Below, piece after piece: positions 57,533-64,000 of a stretch of DNA of 64,000 nt; position 1 is the first letter of the stretch, and every line of letters starts with the position of its first letter. The stretch is taken from the NCBI GenBank assembly GCA_022711115.1, contig JAKLFP010000009.1, positions 4,622 through 68,621 of the forward strand. Direction: 5' to 3'. The notes under the pieces were generated by a model. It was given only the letters and a program-made list of their open reading frames with translations. It had not been told where the DNA came from and ran no database searches. The DNA comes from Candidatus Omnitrophota bacterium. GTDB taxonomy: Bacteria > Omnitrophota > Omnitrophia > Omnitrophales > Aquincolibacteriaceae. A program made the position numbers and the translations under genes.

Positions 57533-60301
57533 TCAACGCACAACATCAAATAGATTCTTCGGATCATCGAGGACTTTGAATTCCCACGTCCCGAAACGAC
57601 CATCCACATTGACGGCATTGATCCATTCCTTGGTGGCCTGCCACTTCGCCTTGTCCTGCTCTGTGGTTTGCCCCTTTACTTCAAGTATCAGATGTCTGTT
57701 GCTTTCAAATCTGATGATGTAGTCAGGATAATAGGTGTGAGTCTGTCCCTGCCACAGATAAAAGATCTCGAAGCCAAGATGGTCGTTCTTCACCCATGAT
57801 ACGAGCCCAGGAATCCGATTCCGCTCGAACTCAAGACCGACCTTCTCCCAACCGCTGTCAATCACGATGTGACTCAACTGGCTCTTCTTTACGGGTTGCG
57901 TCGGCTTGCTCGTGTACCAGGTCATGGCAGTGGCAGTACTCCGCTTAGGTCTCACAGGATCCAAGATCAGTGTCGGGGCTTCCTTGCTGGAGCTGCGGAT
58001 GAAATTACCGATGTGGTTAATGATCTTTTGAGCATTGATTGCAATAACGATATTCCGCAACTTCTCAGCTCCCATATACAGTGGGATCTTGATATCGAGT
58101 TTTGGAGATGCCAGGAACTCATCGAAAATCTGCATCAGCTGGCTGATGTGACTGCCTGGATCTCCCTCCCAATTCTTTCCAAACTGCTCATGGAGTCGAA
58201 CAGCTGCCTGAAGTTTGATGCCCTGCAACCGATGTTCTTCCGCCAGCTTCGCCAGATCAATCTCACTGATCATGTCGTAGCGTGGTTTATTATCAATCGT
58301 TGGAGCCACTTCGACGACGGTAGGAGCATCTTCAGGAGACAAGGTCAGTTTTTCCATGCTGTTCCAGTCAAGATCGAGGAAATAATTTAATTTGTAATCG
58401 ACCCTGAGGACGTGGGGCCAGTCGATCTCCAACGCACCACGCTCCTGGATAGGAGCAATTTTCGTCTTCGGTTTCTCTTCTTTTGGCTTTCCTTCCTTTT
58501 GTTCCGCAGGCAAAAAAGTGAACGGTACACCGAAAACAGTTACATATTCAGGCTCATACAAACCCGTCTCCTCGTTCACGTCGTATGAAATCCGTCGTAG
58601 TCCTCGACCAATGACTTGTTCGCATAGTAATTGACTCGTGAATGCACGGAGACCGAGGATATGCGTCACCGTACGTGCGTCCCACCCTTCTGACATCATG
58701 TTGACTCCAATGACGCACTGAACTAATTCGCCAGCTTTCCCTTTTTTCCCGACCGTGTTGAATTTCTCTCGTTGGTCTAAAACTAGATCCTTTTTCGACC
58801 TGTCGAGTTTCTCTTCCTCTTCAGCTTCGATTTTATCCAACGCATCCTGATCGATTCGGATGAGACGTTGTCTGTCGCCCAACTCTTCGACCGATATGAA
58901 GCCATTGAGCAACGAATACTCGACCCTTGCTGCAGTCTCGATCCGATTACAGATCATGATCATGACAGGAGGCGTTTCCCTGGGGGGACTCTGCTTCTCC
59001 CAAAGCTCCTTCTCTTTCAACCAGTCACCGCCTAGAATTGTCATGGCATTTCGCACGAGATCAGGCAGACCTTCGTTCGGCTCAGCACGACGGTTCAGAT
59101 CCTCTCGAACTTCTGGATAAATGTGGAAGAGTTTGGTCTTTAAGTCCGCACCCATGTTTGAGTCATCACGCACAGCAACCTTTGGCGTTTTCACGAGACC
59201 GCTTTCAATGGCATCATTCAGACCGAAATCACTCACGATCCATGGGAAGAGCTGCTCGCCTTGGATATTCTTTCCAGTAGGTTTGAACGGTGTAGCCGTA
59301 AGATCGTAAGTCTTCAATACACCCCTACCGTTATGGATGCGGTCGATCCCGCTGATCCAGATAGTAGCCTTTTCTTCTTCCTCCTTATCCTCTTCGTCGC
59401 CTGAGGGTCTGTGACAATGATGTGCTTCGTCATTGATAACCAGCACGTTGCTGGCGTTGCCAAAATCAGGAAGAATTCTGCGGAAGAAAGCCTCGTTACT
59501 TTCGGGCCCTTTCTTCACAACCTTGGGGCCATAGTTCTCATTGATGGGTGCCAGTGAGTGCCAGTTGGTCACGATGATTTTGGCCTGAAGAAGTTCCTGC
59601 CACATGGAAGAATCTACGAGGTTGAACTGCTGGTAGAAGTTTTCAGCATTCTCAGGCTTTAGAACCTGAAGCCTGTCACGAACAGTAATACCTGGAGCAA
59701 CCACAAGGATATTTTTCGAGAACCGTGGATCTTTGGAATTTGCAATCTTATTAAGAGCCTGCCACGAAATTAACATGGCCATAACCACGGTCTTGCCCGT
59801 ACCCGTCGCCAGTTTGAGACACTGCCGTTCCCACCCGCTTCCATCAGCGGGGATTTCAATACCTTGTTTTTCGGCAGGACTCGCTTCAGTCAACCAAATC
59901 GCCGTTTCAACCGCTTCAAGCTGACACCAAAAGAGCTTGGATTCCCGCTGACTATTATCAGTCCAGAACTGGAGCAATTTCCGTGTTACGCCCGTAACAT
60001 TCGGATAACCATTCTCTTTCCACGCCTTGACCCTGGGCCTGATCTTATTGACCAGTTCGATTTCCTGAAACTCCCCTGGATCATCGAAGTTCCTCGCTGT
60101 CCTTACCGTCGCTCGCCAATAACCTGATTCCCGCCGACCAGCATGACGTTCAAAAGACTGCGTTTCCCTGATGTAGTGCCAGTGCTCTTTCGGCTCCTCG
60201 TAGGGGCTGCAGATAATCAGCTGATCGATCCCTTTTTGGCTCATCGTGTTACCATTTCCCCTCTGTGGGCAAGTAAGGAAGTCGTAACCCTTTATAAACA
60301 A
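57533..60301 (-). CDS. res: Type III restriction enzyme Res subunit (SF2 helicase plus endonuclease)
   Basis: Walker A ATGTGKTVVMAMLI. DEAH box LVINDEAHHC. About 900 aa. Downstream of the mod gene. True start probably the internal Met (MSQKGIDQL) about 60244. Confidence 0.85.
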   Translation of the reverse strand: MFIKGYDFLTCPQRGNGNTMSQKGIDQLIICSPYEEPKEHWHYIRETQSFERHAGRRESGYWRATVRTARNFDDPGEFQEIELVNKIRPRVKAWKENGYPNVTGVTRKLLQFWTDNSQRESKLFWCQLEAVETAIWLTEASPAEKQGIEIPADGSGWERQCLKLATGTGKTVVMAMLISWQALNKIANSKDPRFSKNILVVAPGITVRDRLQVLKPENAENFYQQFNLVDSSMWQELLQAKIIVTNWHSLAPINENYGPKVVKKGPESNEAFFRRILPDFGNASNVLVINDEAHHCHRPSGDEEDKEEEEKATIWISGIDRIHNGRGVLKTYDLTATPFKPTGKNIQGEQLFPWIVSDFGLNDAIESGLVKTPKVAVRDDSNMGADLKTKLFHIYPEVREDLNRRAEPNEGLPDLVRNAMTILGGDWLKEKELWEKQSPPRETPPVMIMICNRIETAARVEYSLLNGFISVEELGDRQRLIRIDQDALDKIEAEEEEKLDRSKKDLVLDQREKFNTVGKKGKAGELVQCVIGVNMMSEGWDARTVTHILGLRAFTSQLLCEQVIGRGLRRISYDVNEETGLYEPEYVTVFGVPFTFLPAEQKEGKPKEEKPKTKIAPIQERGALEIDWPHVLRVDYKLNYFLDLDWNSMEKLTLSPEDAPTVVEVAPTIDNKPRYDMISEIDLAKLAEEHRLQGIKLQAAVRLHEQFGKNWEGDPGSHISQLMQIFDEFLASPKLDIKIPLYMGAEKLRNIVIAINAQKIINHIGNFIRSSSKEAPTLILDPVRPKRSTATAMTWYTSKPTQPVKKSQLSHIVIDSGWEKVGLEFERNRIPGLVSWVKNDHLGFEIFYLWQGQTHTYYPDYIIRFESNRHLILEVKGQTTEQDKAKWQATKEWINAVNVDGRFGTWEFKVLDDPKNLFDVVR

Positions 60302-60343
60302 ATGCGTTAAATTTTACTTGTACTGACACACGGCAAGTAACCG

Positions 60344-61804
60344 TCATTGCTTCTTCACCTCTTGTGCATCTGGTAACTTGTATTTCGTCCCCTTCACATA
60401 TCCTGACGGAGGGACAATCTGAATAAGTAATCCGTGCTTAACCCAATTCTTCAGCATCTTCGCCATCTTGTCCCGTTGAACAACTCCCGTAATCCTCCGA
60501 GCCTCCTCATTCGTGACATATTTATTGTCTTGAAGATAGACACTCAATTTCTCCCATTCGGAAATCCGATGTTCGTTCAAAAGAACCACTTTCACGGAAT
60601 CTTGATAGAGCGGATAAGTTAAGAAGATCGGCGGATACAACTGGCGATCAGACATCTCATGCCGCATTGCACGAACGCCTTCGCTCTGATCTAAATTAGG
60701 CGGAGACGGAAATTCCCTCAAATGCTTTACAATCAAATCATTCCGATACCCTTCAGCCCGAACCCATCCAATGTTCGTCCGAGTAATGTTAAATGGGAAC
60801 AATCCAGGGCTCTCCACTTCAACACGGTCTTCGTAAATCTTCACTTCGATATCCCGCTTCATGTGATAATCACGGTGAATGATGGCATTGGTAATCGCTT
60901 CTTTAACCGCCCGCTCAGGAATCTGATAGACAGTCTTGAAACCCGATGGGATCCTGATCCCTGCCTGCAACAGCGTCAGCACATATTCATGGGCATCCCG
61001 AATTTGTTTAATCAATGGCCCCTGGATAGTTTTTGGAACGCTGATGAGATTGGGAGTTTCCGCAATGGTCTCGATAGTGCCCGTGTATTGGAAAACCCTG
61101 ACAGCACACTTCGCCTCGGTCAAATCATTCGGATATTCAGCAAACAAAAGGACTGCTGCCAGCGTTGGCAAAAGCGTTCCTTCATCATTCTTTCGGGCAA
61201 GGCCAGTCTTTTCAAGCACCGTCTCAATCGGTGCCCCGTTAATACGTCGAGCTTGCTTCCATTCGTCAAAGACAGGCGTCCTCAACAAATCGAATTCAAC
61301 CTTCACGAGCCCCTTATCCGCCTTCTCAAATCCTTTCGCATAAGCGAATTTGACAACTTCGTGGGCAGTCATCATCCGATTGCCCTTTTCACCTCGCACG
61401 AAAACATGGTTGTTTGTCGACCTAAAACTATCCATGGCTTTGGGAACAAAAATAAGTCCGATCCTTTTTTTGGCCTCAGGGACATCCAAGATGGTCGGAG
61501 GCCACAGCGGAGCTAATGGAGGGACTATCTTCTGGATTTCATGACCGAGGGAGTCGAAGACTTGAAGGTTCTCATCGATGCCGTAAATGCGATCCAATCC
61601 CTTAAGCTTCGTCTTTTCAGGATCATCTACGCCAAGAACGATGACACCACCATCCGTATTCGCCATTGCGACAACGGTCTCGACCGTCTTGCCGACAACT
61701 TTCTCGTCCCCAAGACGCTTAAATTCGACTGTCTGTGTCTCAGCAGGGATATCTAGGATGCTATTCAAAAATTCGCTTGGGCCATCTTTTGCCATGAATT
61801 TCAC
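60344..61804 (-). CDS. AlbA_2 (Schlafen-like) DNA-binding domain plus HATPase_c_4 ATP-binding protein (COG2865-like), embedded between mod and res
   Basis: N-terminal ETQTVEFKRLGD...VETVVAMANTDGGVIVLGVDD is an AlbA_2 signature. C-terminal KEAITNAIIHRDY is a HATPase_c_4 signature. 4-nt overlap with mod. Confidence 0.8.
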   Translation of the reverse strand: MKFMAKDGPSEFLNSILDIPAETQTVEFKRLGDEKVVGKTVETVVAMANTDGGVIVLGVDDPEKTKLKGLDRIYGIDENLQVFDSLGHEIQKIVPPLAPLWPPTILDVPEAKKRIGLIFVPKAMDSFRSTNNHVFVRGEKGNRMMTAHEVVKFAYAKGFEKADKGLVKVEFDLLRTPVFDEWKQARRINGAPIETVLEKTGLARKNDEGTLLPTLAAVLLFAEYPNDLTEAKCAVRVFQYTGTIETIAETPNLISVPKTIQGPLIKQIRDAHEYVLTLLQAGIRIPSGFKTVYQIPERAVKEAITNAIIHRDYHMKRDIEVKIYEDRVEVESPGLFPFNITRTNIGWVRAEGYRNDLIVKHLREFPSPPNLDQSEGVRAMRHEMSDRQLYPPIFLTYPLYQDSVKVVLLNEHRISEWEKLSVYLQDNKYVTNEEARRITGVVQRDKMAKMLKNWVKHGLLIQIVPPSGYVKGTKYKLPDAQEVKKQ

Positions 61805-64000
61805 TCCAACTTTTTGATCACGAATGATTCGATGCCACGGTTGTCGATGATCTTGACCGCAACCTTCTTTTGATCGCCTGCGGAAAAGGGCAGGGATTCG
61901 ACACCACGAAAGTGCTCCAGTAATTCCTCGTTCACTTCACCGTTCAGGGCTTTCGCCAACTTCGTCCAGTCCCGCTTCGGATCGGATTCGGGAAAGAACA
62001 CCTGGTCGGGATAAAGGCTGCGTTCGTCATAGTCCGTATCCAGGAACCACATCGCAATATGCTTCGTGCCCCGTGAAATGATCTCACCGCTCACGGGATC
62101 GTAATAATCGAACCCATTGACCGTCACTCGATATTTCCCATCCTTGGCTTTCTTGACCTCAACATCAGGTTGACCGATCAGCCAGTAACTTTGACTGGAC
62201 GATCGCTTTTTCCGCAGATCTTTAGTCAGGAGATCGACGCTCATTTGAGCCTTCAAAATCTTCACACCAGGCCAGTTAATCTGGTCGATGTCTTTGGCAG
62301 CTTCAGGATCGAAGTGGAATGCAGCGAAGATGACGAAGTCGGGCTTGTCTTTTAATGCCCTGGATTCTTTAATGGCTTCCTCAACCTGGCGTTGTTCGAG
62401 CGGGCCGTAATCAGGGCCGAAACTGATGTGGGCTTTCTTGGTTTCGCCTGCTTCCAGGATCTCGCCTTCGGCGTGGAGAAATCTTGTCGCCACCATCGGC
62501 TCGATCCTTGAGAACGAAATAATTTTGTTCCCAATGGTACGGATTCCCGTTGCCTTGAGCTCGTCCCGCCACTCCGCTTGTCTTCCAGTCTCACCAGTTC
62601 GAGCCAGCTGATCTTTCGTTACCTCAACGATCGGCTCCTTGCCGTCAAACGGCTTCACCCGAAGACTGGGTACCGCTTCAACCGTAAATGGCCCAGTCAC
62701 TCGAACCTTATCTCTTTCTACGAGAGGTTGGTCGTAAAGAGTTTCCTGCTGGGAAGGAAGGTTATTAGCAAGATCACGGAGAGTAATGTGAGGGACGGTT
62801 TGATACTTGAAACCGCTTCTCACCCCTTCGTTCGAGTGGGCCAACTCCCAATAATCGAATTTTGCTGTCATTAGACGTTGTTTTGTCAGAGTAATCGCAA
62901 CTCGTGAAGTATCGCACGTAATCCACCGCCGCCCCCATAGTTCGGCGACATAACCCGTAGTGCCCGAACCACATGTTGGATCGAGTACGAGCTCTCCTGG
63001 ATCAGTCGTCATCAGCATGCATCGTTCAATTACTTTTGGATTAGTTTCTACTACATACAGCTTCGCAGCAGCAAAAGTGCTTCGTATCGTGTCGTCCCAC
63101 ATATTTGTAAATGGGGCGAAAGGAAAATCAGCAGCGTAACGTTTGAACGAAAGCGTTTTGCCTACTGGGAAGAGCCTGCCCTTATGGCCCAGTTCATTCA
63201 ATCCAGGAATAGAAGTTTTCCAATGTTTATTGTTCCCTATCTCGTAAACAACACCGTTGTATTCGAATGGTTTTGAACCTTCGGCTGACGAACCTTGAGA
63301 TGTTAAGTTCGAGCTCTGAAATCGTTTAGATCCCAGTGGATCTTGCGAAATTTTCTTCGGAGCTTTAGTAATTTCTCCATCCTCCAATTCGAGCCATGTA
63401 AAGCCTGATTCGATCATTTCGTCAGGTCGATCTTGATACAACTGGTGACATTTCACTTTTCGTTTGTCCTTCGCATACCATATCAAAAAGTCGCAAACAT
63501 TGGGCAGGAGCTCCGTCTCTTGGTAGGCGGTTTTCTTAAACTGAATGATCGAACAAAAATTGCTGGCACCAAATAATTCATTCATCAATTCATGAACATG
63601 GTGAAGGTTTTCATCGCTAATTTGGACAAAACAGCTGCCAGACTCGTGAAGAAGTTCTTTTGCAAGGAACAACCGTTCACGCAAATAGGTCAAGTAACTG
63701 TGAATGCCAAGTTCCCAAGTGTCTCGGAAAGCCTGGATCATTTCAGGTTCTGCTGGAATGTCACCATCGTTACCGTCTTTCACGTCACGTTTATTAACGA
63801 ATGGCTGAAAATTAGAATTGTATTTAATACCGTAAGGTGGATCGAGATACACCATCTGAACCTTGCCAGCCATACCTTCCTTCTTGAGAAGGCTGTTCAT
63901 AACCAGCAACGAGTCTCCAGCGATGAGGCGGTTCGTCCAGTCCTGTTCATGACGATAGAAATCAACGGCCTTGTTCAGGGGCGGATCATTGTCGGGCTCT
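61801..64000 (-). CDS. mod: Type III R-M Mod subunit (N6-adenine DNA methyltransferase, beta class); N-terminus lies beyond the window end
   Basis: Motif IV DPPY (VQMVYLDPPYG) precedes motif I FxGxG-like (LDPTCGSGTTG). NRLIAGDSL N-terminal region. The reading frame stays open to position 64000. Confidence 0.85.
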   Translation of the reverse strand, partial: EPDNDPPLNKAVDFYRHEQDWTNRLIAGDSLLVMNSLLKKEGMAGKVQMVYLDPPYGIKYNSNFQPFVNKRDVKDGNDGDIPAEPEMIQAFRDTWELGIHSYLTYLRERLFLAKELLHESGSCFVQISDENLHHVHELMNELFGASNFCSIIQFKKTAYQETELLPNVCDFLIWYAKDKRKVKCHQLYQDRPDEMIESGFTWLELEDGEITKAPKKISQDPLGSKRFQSSNLTSQGSSAEGSKPFEYNGVVYEIGNNKHWKTSIPGLNELGHKGRLFPVGKTLSFKRYAADFPFAPFTNMWDDTIRSTFAAAKLYVVETNPKVIERCMLMTTDPGELVLDPTCGSGTTGYVAELWGRRWITCDTSRVAITLTKQRLMTAKFDYWELAHSNEGVRSGFKYQTVPHITLRDLANNLPSQQETLYDQPLVERDKVRVTGPFTVEAVPSLRVKPFDGKEPIVEVTKDQLARTGETGRQAEWRDELKATGIRTIGNKIISFSRIEPMVATRFLHAEGEILEAGETKKAHISFGPDYGPLEQRQVEEAIKESRALKDKPDFVIFAAFHFDPEAAKDIDQINWPGVKILKAQMSVDLLTKDLRKKRSSSQSYWLIGQPDVEVKKAKDGKYRVTVNGFDYYDPVSGEIISRGTKHIAMWFLDTDYDERSLYPDQVFFPESDPKRDWTKLAKALNGEVNEELLEHFRGVESLPFSAGDQKKVAVKIIDNRGIESFVIKKLE

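Overview
This window reads as a PEP-CTERM/exosortase-type exopolysaccharide (EPS) and O-antigen-like biosynthesis locus, almost entirely on the minus strand. It is heavily interrupted by toxin-antitoxin and defence modules and by at least five families of intergenic repeats. A putative integrative element follows at the 3' end, carrying a Type III restriction-modification (R-M) system with an extra embedded gene.

The EPS genes are several GT4 and GT2 glycosyltransferases, two Wzy_C/O-antigen-ligase-like membrane proteins, a Wzx-type flippase, a BY-kinase, a Wzz/GumC-like chain-length determinant, a Wza-like exporter, an ExeA-like ATPase, a PEP-CTERM protein, a histidine kinase, acetyltransferases, a pyruvyl transferase and a GH99-like WbsX protein.

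The defence and toxin-antitoxin content is four AbiEi/AbiEii pairs, three paralogous AAA ATPases with a DUF4143 domain (DUF4143-type), a Fic protein, a RhuM protein, two ORF6N proteins, three four-helix-bundle proteins, a nucleotidyltransferase pair and a DUF433/DUF5615 pair.

The 3' element (about 51.9 kb to beyond the window end) carries a tyrosine integrase, an excisionase-like HTH protein, a serine recombinase, a tightly overlapping five-gene operon of uncharacterised proteins, and a Type III R-M system arranged mod, then an AlbA_2/Schlafen-like HATPase_c_4 ATPase, then res.

Two recurring themes stand out. Inserted accessory genes are flanked by long direct duplications (50-300 bp) of the 5' or 3' ends of neighbouring host genes. 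A 226-bp MITE-like hairpin element (R1) sits next to each DUF4143 ATPase.

All calls are from reading the sequence and recognising motifs; no database search was possible.
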